IMG/VR virus record: IMGVR_UViG_3300021400_002728
Span: 1 to 37,153 of that record
Reading direction: 5' to 3' (one strand)
Length of the DNA: 37,153 nucleotides
Source: a virus
Taxonomy: Duplodnaviria > Heunggongvirae > Uroviricota > Caudoviricetes
The notes under the pieces are model-generated. The model did no database searches. It worked only from the letters and a program-made list of their open reading frames with translations, and was not told the DNA's origin. The translations under genes and the position numbers were made by a program. Within the stretch, counting starts at the first letter, position 1. Each line of letters begins with the position of its first letter. Shown here piece after piece: positions 17,141 through 25,349 of the stretch.

Positions 17141-18079
17141 TTAGAACTCTGTGTCCTTAATAAAGGTAATAACAGGTGTATCAACATACTTAGCAAGAAA
17201 TCCTTCATTCTCAAATACAAGATCAGACTGTCTAATCTCTTCATTCTGAAGCTTTCTCATAACAAGCAGAAGATCCTGATTATTGAAGCACTTAAAATCA
17301 TAAGAACCATCAAACAGTTCCTTAATATATCCAATAATCTTATTATTCTTCTTAACTGCACTAAGTGTAAACTGCTCAACTCTAATAGGAACTTCTACTG
17401 TAGGAAGTACTTCTTCAATATGAGCAAGGATCACCAGAGGATTCTTATTTACATCGATAATAATCTCATCATTACTGAAGAATACTATACTTTCAATATT
17501 AATTCCAGCAGCTATCAGTTTGGTAAGAATAGTATCAGTAATATGTTTCTCGTATGTGATAACTCTAGAAGGATTACAGTTACCCATAATAACTTCTCTG
17601 ATGTACTTACTATTAACAATATACTCGCTATCAGTAAACTTACGAATAAAATCTTCCCAAGTATTAGCATTACCAAAGATAGTAGGATCATAAGCCTTAA
17701 GTGAACTGAAGTTTGCCTTCTTCATGTCAAGACTGATAAAAGCTTTACCAATAAATGAAGGCTTAAAAATATCCTTAGATGGAAGGTTCTTGTTCTTAAC
17801 TGCAAACTGATTCATGTCAAGCTTATTAAAGTTATTGAAACCTTCACTTGATTTAATAAAGTCCATTGCTGCTTCCTTAGTAGAATTGTACATAGCAAAG
17901 TATTCCTCTTCATTAGGAAACTTCTCTACTTCAGCACAGAAAGCCTGCCACTTAGACAAAGTATCATAGTATTTATCAAGCAGCTCAAGTCTTTCAGTGA
18001 AGTATGGTTCTGCATAGAGTCTAATTGGAATCTTGCAATCTCTCACAAATCTTTCTTTAAGCTTATCTGTCATTTTCAT
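17141..18079 (-). CDS. hypothetical protein with polymerase-palm-like acidic motifs (312 aa)
   Basis: FISLDMKKANFSSL and VFFSNDEIIID resemble motifs A and C of family-A-like palms; GGAGGT RBS. The CDS is certain, the function is tentative. Confidence 0.6.
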   Translation of the reverse strand: MKMTDKLKERFVRDCKIPIRLYAEPYFTERLELLDKYYDTLSKWQAFCAEVEKFPNEEEYFAMYNSTKEAAMDFIKSSEGFNNFNKLDMNQFAVKNKNLPSKDIFKPSFIGKAFISLDMKKANFSSLKAYDPTIFGNANTWEDFIRKFTDSEYIVNSKYIREVIMGNCNPSRVITYEKHITDTILTKLIAAGINIESIVFFSNDEIIIDVNKNPLVILAHIEEVLPTVEVPIRVEQFTLSAVKKNNKIIGYIKELFDGSYDFKCFNNQDLLLVMRKLQNEEIRQSDLVFENEGFLAKYVDTPVITFIKDTEF

Positions 18080-18111
18080 TGTATTTACCTCCAGGTTTTA
18101 TTAGTAAGTTT

Positions 18112-18146
18112 ATTATAACATAGTTGTCAACCATTGTAAATAGTTT
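18112..18146 (-). promoter_or_regulatory. phage early promoter, copy 7
   Basis: AAACTA-TTTACA-N17-TATAAT with TG extension. Confidence 0.85.
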
Positions 18147-18156
18147 CTAAAAATAG

Positions 18157-18190
18157 TTTAAGCCAGACCTATAAAAGCATCTGGCTTAAA
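18157..18190 (-). terminator. terminator-like hairpin
   Basis: Perfect 11-bp inverted repeat TTTAAGCCAGA/TCTGGCTTAAA, followed on the minus strand by CTATTTTT. Confidence 0.65.
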
Positions 18191-18224
18191 CATTTATGGA
18201 GGTATTTGAGATAATGATATAAGC

Positions 18225-18929
18225 TTAGTTAAAAAAGTACAACCAATCTTCTAATTCAGCTTGATACTTAATGTTTAACTTATTAAATTCATTAATATCA
18301 AGTCCTATTGCATTATTAGCACTAGCTTCAGCTTCCATATCAAAGTAAGCTCTTGAACGAAGATCATTATACTCATCATCAGAAATTTCTTCATCTTCTA
18401 ATTTCTGCCAAAGCTCATCAGAATATTTATAAAACTGTTTCATATCCTTGAGCTTCTGTTTTTCTCGTTTAGAACTCCAGTGTCTAACAAGATCTATAGT
18501 AACTTTTTTGTTTTTGATTAGATCATTATAACTTTGAGTTATTTCTAATACATGACCAAACTCATGTTTAAGTACTACTATACAAAAATCTACAAAATCA
18601 TCAGTATCATCTAACCTTTTACTTTGAGCTAAGGCATAAACAAGATTCAAATAATTCTCTACAGGAAATATAATTCTAAACTTAAGTTTATTATTTTTCC
18701 AAACAAATGTAGAATGCATAAACGAATGATAATAACTAGTATGATTATACTGTATAGTTTCCAACATCTGTTTATGTGTAAGCAAATACTGCTGATCAAA
18801 GTAATAATCTGATGTCAGAATCTCTTTAAAATTTCCCATAATAAACTCACAATTAGTTATATGGTACTGCTTGCAAAGATCTTCGTATATATTAGTTAAC
18901 TGATATTTTAAGTTAGTAACACTAATCAT
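18225..18929 (-). CDS. putative zinc metallopeptidase-like protein (HExxH)
   Basis: VLKHEFGHVLE plus a downstream EAEASAN acidic motif. Confidence 0.6.
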   Translation of the reverse strand: MISVTNLKYQLTNIYEDLCKQYHITNCEFIMGNFKEILTSDYYFDQQYLLTHKQMLETIQYNHTSYYHSFMHSTFVWKNNKLKFRIIFPVENYLNLVYALAQSKRLDDTDDFVDFCIVVLKHEFGHVLEITQSYNDLIKNKKVTIDLVRHWSSKREKQKLKDMKQFYKYSDELWQKLEDEEISDDEYNDLRSRAYFDMEAEASANNAIGLDINEFNKLNIKYQAELEDWLYFFN

Positions 18930-18938
18930 AAAATCACC

Positions 18939-20027
18939 TTACTTCTCAGCCTTTGCAATCTGAGGAATAATCATATTAGCACGAAAAACCCATATTTTCT
19001 GACCAATATATGGTTTTTCTCCAAGTAATTCTTTCATAATAGAAATATTATGCATTGATGCATTCTGAATAGTAGCACCCTCAATAACAACGGGTTTGAA
19101 TGTAGCAACAGGAGTGATAGCTCCACTCTTACCTACCGACCAAGTAATTCCAGTGAGTTCAGTTTCAAACAGTTCATCATAAAACTTGAAAGCGAAACCA
19201 CCACGGAAGGAATGCTCATCATGACCTTTTGCCATATAAGACTTGTAATCATTGATCTTGTATACCAGACCATCGATAGGGTACTTTTTAGCAGCAGATT
19301 TCTGTCTCATTCTTTCCTGCTGAGCTTCAAGGTTTTCAGTATTGGTATATTCCCAATCAACTGTCACAAACTTGAGATCTGCAAGTTTCTGAAGCTTAAC
19401 ATCCAGATCATCTTCACCAGTGATCATGTCCCATGCAACAAATGTAAGGCATCTTCTCTCGCACTCATCAGGATTGTCAAGTCTAATAGAACCTGAAGCA
19501 AAGTTTCTAGGATTCTTGAACATACTAGAAAATTCTTCGAAGTCATCATACTTACAAATAACTTCACCATCAATTACGATAGTATCTTTAACTGCAATAG
19601 TCTTAGGAATAGACGGAAGTCTTTTTGCATTTTCTGTAATATCTTCACCAACAGTTCCATTTCCACGAGTTTCAGCAGATACGAGCTTACCATTCTCATA
19701 CTTGAGAGAACAAGTAAGTCCATCCATCTTCAACATAGTGATTGACTTTTCCTTAAGCCACTTCTTAAGAACTGCAGGATCTTTGGTCTTATCAAGAGAA
19801 AGCATCAAGTGGTTATGAGTAACCTTCTTGAGTTTATTCTGAATATCAAACTGAATTGTAGCTGAAGGAGACTTAGGATCAACATAACCAGTCTCTTCTT
19901 CATATGCACAACACTCAAAATACAACTGATCCCATGCTTCATCGCTGATCTCAGGATTTCCTTCGTCATACTTCTTAGTGTAGTAATTCAGCTTCTCAAT
20001 ATTCGCTGTATATTCTTCTCTTGTCAT
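18939..20027 (-). CDS. ligA: NAD+-dependent DNA ligase, N-terminal half (domain Ia, adenylation domain, OB fold)
   Basis: YDEGNPEISDEAWD (domain Ia), HLMLSLDK, MLKMDGL (KxDG), TRGNGTVGED, IDGEV, NPRNFASG, IDGLVYK, AFKF, VGKSGAITPVA, ASMHN, RANMIIPQI. It ends in TAA right after the OB fold. The ATG at 20027 follows GGAGG. Confidence 0.93.
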   Translation of the reverse strand: MTREEYTANIEKLNYYTKKYDEGNPEISDEAWDQLYFECCAYEEETGYVDPKSPSATIQFDIQNKLKKVTHNHLMLSLDKTKDPAVLKKWLKEKSITMLKMDGLTCSLKYENGKLVSAETRGNGTVGEDITENAKRLPSIPKTIAVKDTIVIDGEVICKYDDFEEFSSMFKNPRNFASGSIRLDNPDECERRCLTFVAWDMITGEDDLDVKLQKLADLKFVTVDWEYTNTENLEAQQERMRQKSAAKKYPIDGLVYKINDYKSYMAKGHDEHSFRGGFAFKFYDELFETELTGITWSVGKSGAITPVATFKPVVIEGATIQNASMHNISIMKELLGEKPYIGQKIWVFRANMIIPQIAKAEK

Positions 20028-20064
20028 TGATAAGACCTCCATACATTTGATTTATTATGTATTT

Positions 20065-20099
20065 ATTATAACATGAAATACACAATTTGTAAATAGTTT
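20065..20099 (-). promoter_or_regulatory. phage early promoter, copy 8 (drives the ligase N-half)
   Basis: AAACTA-TTTACA-N17-TATAAT with TG extension. Confidence 0.85.
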
Positions 20100-20537
20100 T
20101 TACTCAATTCTTAAACCAACTTCTGTATTAGCAAATAAATTAACCCCAAATTTAGACATTCTAGTATCTCTATAAAGTCTATATGCGTCTGTTCCAGCAG
20201 GTAATCTAGAATCAATAGTACCTAACTGAATTTCAGGAATATCTTCAAGTTCTACATTAAAACCAGGCATTTCTATTAGTCGTTTCATATTGCTTTCAGA
20301 AGTTTCCCACAATGCGGATGTATTTATATACATATTTACTATAAATTTTATAGCTATATCATATGCCATAAAATCACCGAAAATAGTATCAGCATCAAGT
20401 TTATGAATTACTGCGCAATGTAATTTTGTAGTACCACCTTGGTCATCTGCACTACGCACGGTAATTTCTACTTTTTCACTACCAAAATGAGTATCAGAGA
20501 AAATAATCTGCGCGCTTGTTTGTTTTGTAATTTCCAT
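20100..20537 (-). CDS. hypothetical protein (145 aa)
   Basis: ORF with AAGGAG RBS. Confidence 0.75.
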   Translation of the reverse strand: MEITKQTSAQIIFSDTHFGSEKVEITVRSADDQGGTTKLHCAVIHKLDADTIFGDFMAYDIAIKFIVNMYINTSALWETSESNMKRLIEMPGFNVELEDIPEIQLGTIDSRLPAGTDAYRLYRDTRMSKFGVNLFANTEVGLRIE

Positions 20538-20594
20538 AGGTCAAGCTCCTTTCAAATAAATTAGATTGTTTTCATCTGAGTAATTTCCATACAT

Positions 20595-20633
20595 AAAGAA
20601 AAGAGACTAACATAACACGTATATTAGTCTCTT
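20595..20633 (-). terminator. intrinsic terminator
   Basis: AAGAGACTAA-loop-TTAGTCTCTT followed by TTCTTT. Confidence 0.7.
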
Positions 20634-20640
20634 GTTTAAT

Positions 20641-20799
20641 TTACTTATCAATTGTTTGAACTTCACCAGTATCACGATGAACTAATTCAATGAAGGTGGG
20701 AGTATTTTTAGTGACCAACCATACATATGTATCATATCCATTTGCTATCAAAATCTTTCTCTCCTCATAGGTTGGTTTTCTTCCACGAATTCTACTCAT
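20641..20799 (-). CDS. small phage protein not in the ORF track (52 aa, DUF6906-like)
   Basis: MSRIRGRKPTYEERKILIANGYDTYVWLVTKNTPTFIELVHRDTGEVQTIDK*; matches a recurring Firmicute-phage pattern (K.PT..E.K.....G.D...WLV.KNTP....LVHR.TG); AAGGAG upstream. Confidence 0.75.
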   Translation of the reverse strand: MSRIRGRKPTYEERKILIANGYDTYVWLVTKNTPTFIELVHRDTGEVQTIDK

Positions 20800-20801
20800 T
20801 T

Positions 20802-21254
20802 TTAATCGTCTTCTCCTTCATAATAGTTTTCTGAGTCTTCATCTCCAGCCTCAGAGTTCTGTCTGAAGCTATGTACATTCTCAGGAAATGTGGTAGTATC
20901 TGCAACCATTTCATCAAGTCTAGCCAGAATTGCTTTACCATCAAGAATCGATTCTTCATTCTGGATCTGTGACAATGCAGTCTTCCAAAAGCTATTGAAA
21001 TCACTTGCCGGATTGGTGAACCAATCTCTTAAAGTATCAATCTTTGATTCAAGCTTCTTTCTACTGATATATTTTACCATCTTATTACCCTTTTTGTACT
21101 CATTCTTAGCTTTAGGGTCTGATGGGTCATAGTAATTGCCGTTCATAAGACATCTACAATTTGCAAAATAATCAGTACAAGTCTGTGCGATCATTGCCGC
21201 AATCATTTGTTCACATCCATCCAATAAATTATCAATATCTCTTACGCTACTCAT
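20802..21254 (-). CDS. hypothetical phage protein (150 aa)
   Basis: ORF with GAAAGGA RBS; acidic tail. Confidence 0.75.
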   Translation of the reverse strand: MSSVRDIDNLLDGCEQMIAAMIAQTCTDYFANCRCLMNGNYYDPSDPKAKNEYKKGNKMVKYISRKKLESKIDTLRDWFTNPASDFNSFWKTALSQIQNEESILDGKAILARLDEMVADTTTFPENVHSFRQNSEAGDEDSENYYEGEDD

Positions 21255-21343
21255 AATTTATAGTCCTTTCTTTATAATATAATGAACGCTTAGCTATATA
21301 TTATAAAATATTCCCTTCTATTATAATTAAATAGCTTTTAATT

Positions 21344-21372
21344 ATAATAACATAGTTTTATATGAATGTACA
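21344..21372 (-). promoter_or_regulatory. divergent copy of the early promoter
   Basis: TGTACA-N17-TATTAT with TG extension, in the gap after glf. Confidence 0.5.
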
Positions 21373-21380
21373 CATATTTT

Positions 21381-22481
21381 TTAAAGTTTTTCAAAAAGTT
21401 TCATGGCTTCTTCAATAGTCTTATCCATATCATAATACTTATAACTACCAAGTCTACCGCCAAAAATAATTTTAGATTCATTTGTAGCTAATTCTTGATA
21501 CTGACTAAGAAGTTGATTATTTTTATCATCATTTACTGGATAAAATGGTTCATCTCCAAGTTTCCATTCAGAACTATATTCTCTAGAGATATATGTCTTA
21601 GGAAGATCATGTCCTTCTTCATCTTTACCAAACTCAAACCACTTATGCTCAATAATTCTAGTCCAAGGAGTTTCTCTATCAGTATAATTTACTGCAGCAT
21701 TTCCCTGAAAACTTGATTTATCAAGAAGTTCATTTTCAAATCTTACAGAACGGTATTCAAGATTTCCTAAACTATAATTGAAATACTCATCAATTGGTCC
21801 AGTATAAATAACTTTATCAAAGTCATTAGCTAATTCTTTATGCTCTAAGAAATTAATATTAAGTCTAACTTCAATTCCTTCAAGCATTTTTTCAATCAGC
21901 TTAGTATATCCACCAATAGGAATACCTTGATATTTAGCATTAAAATAATTATTATCAAAAGTCAATCTAACAGGAAGTCTTTTAATAATAAATGCTGGAA
22001 GATCTTTACAATCTCTACCCCACTGTTTTTCAGTATAACCTTTAATAAGCTTCTCATAAATATCTCTACCTACAAGACTAATTGCCTGCTCTTCAAGATT
22101 CTGAGGTTCATGATCGATTTCTTTTCTCTGCTCCTCAATTTTAGCAAGAGCTTCTTCTGGAGTTACTACACCCCACATCTTATTAAAAGTGTACATATTA
22201 AAAGGTAAAGAATAAAGTTCACCTTTATAGTTAGCTACTGGACTATTAGTAAATCTATTAAATTCTACAAATGAATTTACATAATCCCAAACTTCTTTAT
22301 TATTAGTATGGAAAATATGAGCGCCATATTTATGTACATTTATACCCTCAATCTTTTCAGTATAAACATTTCCACCAATATTAGGTCTCTTATCAATTAC
22401 TAATACTTCATGACCAGCTTTCTTTAACTGTTGTGCTACAGTAGCTCCAAATAATCCTGATCCAACAATTAAGTACTTCAT
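21381..22481 (-). CDS. glf: UDP-galactopyranose mutase
   Basis: MKYLIVGSGLFG FAD-binding start, IGGNVY, HKYGAHIFHT, GYTEKQWG, RLPVRLTFDNNYF, YTGPID, TRIIEHKWF, FYPVND, GRLGSYKYYDMD. Confidence 0.96.
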   Translation of the reverse strand: MKYLIVGSGLFGATVAQQLKKAGHEVLVIDKRPNIGGNVYTEKIEGINVHKYGAHIFHTNNKEVWDYVNSFVEFNRFTNSPVANYKGELYSLPFNMYTFNKMWGVVTPEEALAKIEEQRKEIDHEPQNLEEQAISLVGRDIYEKLIKGYTEKQWGRDCKDLPAFIIKRLPVRLTFDNNYFNAKYQGIPIGGYTKLIEKMLEGIEVRLNINFLEHKELANDFDKVIYTGPIDEYFNYSLGNLEYRSVRFENELLDKSSFQGNAAVNYTDRETPWTRIIEHKWFEFGKDEEGHDLPKTYISREYSSEWKLGDEPFYPVNDDKNNQLLSQYQELATNESKIIFGGRLGSYKYYDMDKTIEEAMKLFEKL

Positions 22482-23524
22482 ACAATCTTACTCCATTCCT
22501 TCTTGAAATATTCTAAATCAGTAAATTTCTTCACTGACTCAGTATTAAATATCTTCTTAATAATCTTATCATAATCAGTCTCATTTATCTTATCCTGAAT
22601 ATGATCAATATCAACTACTAAATATCTCTTTACAATTCGATAAATATCAGGAAATGTATTCTTTAAATCAGTTAAATCTACATTATCTAATACTAATGGT
22701 AAACAATGATTTGATACAGCCTCTAAAAATCGAATAATACTAAATGTAGTCTTATCATAACTAGGAATAATTAAAGTAAACTTAGCATGAGCTAACTTAT
22801 CATAATATGTATTCTGATCTACATAGGTAGAATCTCTCTTAGTTATAATGCCTACATCTGATCTCTTAATCTTCTTTATCTTACTAGCCTTATCCACTAA
22901 ATATTGCCTATCTGGATTCATGGCTGTTCCATAAAATACAAAATCTAATGTCTTCTCAATGTCTTTACCATTCAAAAACATATATCTTTCGTAAGTAGGC
23001 ATATATACCATATTATTTTTATTTAATATATAAGTAGTTGTGCCATTAAATAAATCAGATAATTTACATTCTTGCGGATCTAATCCAAAATGAATAATAT
23101 TTTTATTTGAATTTTCTCTACAAATAACATAAGATTCAAGGACGGCTCTAGTAGATACGTAGTTCACACTATAATTATAATTTTTATCAGACATCCACTT
23201 TTCAAAACCATCTATAAAACTATGACATAAATAATTATTATACTTACAAATATTACTTGCAAATACAATAAGACTGTCTAAATCTTTAGTAGACTTTTTA
23301 ACATCTTTTATATAATCTTCCCAGTTTATATATTCATCATGCCAATAAATATGTCTATAGGCTACATCGTCTCTATCTAGTAGATTCTTTAATTTATTGC
23401 CTTTATATATATCTATTACTACTAGGTTTTCTGGTCCTACACTATCAATGATGGCATTCATATGGTATTTTATAGTATTTAATAAACCTTTAGTAATACC
23501 TATATTTAATAATAATCCTACCAT
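22478..23524 (-). CDS. GT-B fold glycosyltransferase resembling T4 DNA beta-glucosyltransferase
   Basis: KTLDFVFYGT...DRQ and AKFTLII...FSIIRFLEAVSNHCLPLV parallel the T4 BGT C-domain as recalled (KTLDVIYGG; ALII...TLRVWE). It overlaps glf by 4 nt. Confidence 0.65.
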   Translation of the reverse strand: MVGLLLNIGITKGLLNTIKYHMNAIIDSVGPENLVVIDIYKGNKLKNLLDRDDVAYRHIYWHDEYINWEDYIKDVKKSTKDLDSLIVFASNICKYNNYLCHSFIDGFEKWMSDKNYNYSVNYVSTRAVLESYVICRENSNKNIIHFGLDPQECKLSDLFNGTTTYILNKNNMVYMPTYERYMFLNGKDIEKTLDFVFYGTAMNPDRQYLVDKASKIKKIKRSDVGIITKRDSTYVDQNTYYDKLAHAKFTLIIPSYDKTTFSIIRFLEAVSNHCLPLVLDNVDLTDLKNTFPDIYRIVKRYLVVDIDHIQDKINETDYDKIIKKIFNTESVKKFTDLEYFKKEWSKIV

Positions 23525-23527
23525 TAT

Positions 23528-24307
23528 TTAACCTCTTATATCTGAAACATATTTAGTGAATACTTGCTGTATAATAGCAGCTTTATCTGCTGCGTCATTT
23601 AATAATTTAGTATCTATATTATCATTTATCATAGTATTATCAAAATCATACGATAAATAAGCTGTAGCAATTTTATTGTTATTATTTGTAGTTCTATATA
23701 TCCAGTTTAAAGAAAATCCTAGATCTTTTTCAATACTAGTCTTTTTCTTTTTCAATTTTTCAAACAATTCAAAATCATTAGAAGCAAAATCTATTACTAG
23801 TTTAAACTCTTCTAAAGAATTAAAACATATACCCGCCCAAGCCTCTGAGTATCCGACTGGTACCTTTAATGCATGTGAAGTATATGTATCTAAATTACAT
23901 TTAGTATTCAAGTTATTTGCATATTTACTAAGTTGATTCCAGAATGGAGTATATTTACTAGTAGTAGATTTTCGTGCAGAATTGATGGTATTAGTAATCT
24001 CAGGAAAAACTTGAGTACCCATTCTAGAAAGAACTCGTTTAGCTCTATCTTTATCTACAGCAAATAATTCAGTTTTACTATCTTTAGCTCCAATAACTCG
24101 GCTTTCTCTAAAAATATCATGCATAATATTTTCAATTTCACTATAGTCAGAGCATTCAATTACAAAATAAGTTTTAAGGCCATTCATATTTCTATAGCCA
24201 TTTGTTTCTAATTCAGATTGGCATCGTCTATTCCAGTTATCTGATTTGCCAATTTTAATAATACCGTCTACAGCAGTAGTCATTATATAAACATAACCCT
24301 TTGCCAT
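23528..24307 (-). CDS. GIY-YIG (T5orf172-like) nuclease fused to a DUF4268-like domain
   Basis: GYVYIM...IIKIGKS...R...E..MH..F...TELF N-terminal domain; C-terminal FW.QL...LFEKL...K..IEKDLGF.LNW pattern. Confidence 0.72.
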   Translation of the reverse strand: MAKGYVYIMTTAVDGIIKIGKSDNWNRRCQSELETNGYRNMNGLKTYFVIECSDYSEIENIMHDIFRESRVIGAKDSKTELFAVDKDRAKRVLSRMGTQVFPEITNTINSARKSTTSKYTPFWNQLSKYANNLNTKCNLDTYTSHALKVPVGYSEAWAGICFNSLEEFKLVIDFASNDFELFEKLKKKKTSIEKDLGFSLNWIYRTTNNNNKIATAYLSYDFDNTMINDNIDTKLLNDAADKAAIIQQVFTKYVSDIRG

Positions 24308-24326
24308 ATTTACTTTATCCTTTCAT

Positions 24327-24360
24327 AAAAATATAGGCTAGCTTTTTAGGCTAGCCTATT
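24327..24360 (-). terminator. intrinsic terminator inside the DNA-modification cluster
   Basis: ATAGGCTAGC-loop-GCTAGCCTAT followed by ATTTTT. Confidence 0.75.
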
Positions 24361-24364
24361 TGAA

Positions 24365-25345
24365 TTAAACGTTTGTTGCATCTGGTGTAGTATTAGCCCA
24401 ATCAAACTTAGTGCTTCTACTGGTCTTGAAACCATCTTCTACAATAAGTTTCTTAAGACCTGCTACATCGTGGTTTTTAATAATGTCCTTATAGCAGTCT
24501 TCATAGTAAGCATTAGCAAGAGGAATACCTAATTCAAGTTTCTTCATAATGATACGTCTCTGAGGTCTAGCATTTACCTGACCCTTCTTTTCCATGAACT
24601 TGATAGTATCTCCCCAAGTCTTATACATATAGACTCCGATTTCAGTCCACTTATCTACTCCAGTATTTGCTACAGACTTATCAGGTTCCATAACATCAGT
24701 GATATAGGTAAGACTAGGAATAGTACCAGTCATTAATCCCTTAGAAAGAATCTGAAGAGTAAGATCGAAATCATCCCAACCATGATCTTTTCTATATTCG
24801 ATTCCATTTTCTACAAGATCCTTAACATTCAAATGAATCATCTGAATAGGAAATCTTACATAGTCAACAGGAGGTCTCTTTCTAAAGTCATTAAATACTG
24901 CAGCATTTTCAGTAATACATCCAGTCTGAGTAAGATGCTGATCAGCATTCTCAATAATAGACTGAAATTCTGCGAAGAAATCATATACAGAAGTCTTCAA
25001 CTTAATAGAACGATACTTTGTAGGATCCTTCTTCTGAACTCCTGCTTCAAGCTTATGTACTGAAGGAATATCATCATCAAGTACGAAGATATTTTCATAT
25101 CCCTTCTCTAACATAGTCTTATTGATAAAGTTTCTCTTAGGTACGATACCTCTGAATCCTTCACAGTAGCATACCGTAAATAGACCAGAATCAATAATCT
25201 CCTTATAATTCTCTGCATCATCAGGATATACAAACAAGAAAAGATTTAATCCCTGTTCATATCCATTCTTCAGCATCTGTAAGGTCTTTGCCTTACTTCC
25301 TCTTTTGTAGCTAGGTACTACAATTGGCCATAATTCTTTCTTCAT
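24365..25345 (-). CDS. GT-A fold DNA glycosyltransferase (TAGT / T2-T6 glucosyl-hmC glucosyltransferase-like)
   Basis: IVVPSYKRG, GIVPKRNFI, IFVLDDDI (DxD) and WDDFDLTLQILSKG motifs typical of this family. Confidence 0.8.
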   Translation of the reverse strand: MKKELWPIVVPSYKRGSKAKTLQMLKNGYEQGLNLFLFVYPDDAENYKEIIDSGLFTVCYCEGFRGIVPKRNFINKTMLEKGYENIFVLDDDIPSVHKLEAGVQKKDPTKYRSIKLKTSVYDFFAEFQSIIENADQHLTQTGCITENAAVFNDFRKRPPVDYVRFPIQMIHLNVKDLVENGIEYRKDHGWDDFDLTLQILSKGLMTGTIPSLTYITDVMEPDKSVANTGVDKWTEIGVYMYKTWGDTIKFMEKKGQVNARPQRRIIMKKLELGIPLANAYYEDCYKDIIKNHDVAGLKKLIVEDGFKTSRSTKFDWANTTPDATNV

Positions 25346-25349
25346 TCTA

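Noticed and set aside
10691-20042. Split intein or group I intron as the explanation for the ligase split
   Set aside because: No intein N-fragment follows the OB fold, no His-Asn/Cys junction precedes the Zn finger, and the interval is filled with ordinary promoter-driven genes.
20792-21004. 70-aa minus-strand ORF in the track (likewise 3199-3390, 3502-3687, 6165-6362, 25884-26123, 26175-26360, 26685-26867, 27123-27350, 29033-29251, 30843-31157)
   Set aside because: These are alternative frames nested in longer genes with better RBS and motif support.
21271-21307. 11-bp perfect inverted repeat TTTATAATATA / TATATTATAAA
   Set aside because: It is entirely A/T in a very AT-rich gap and is likely to arise by chance.
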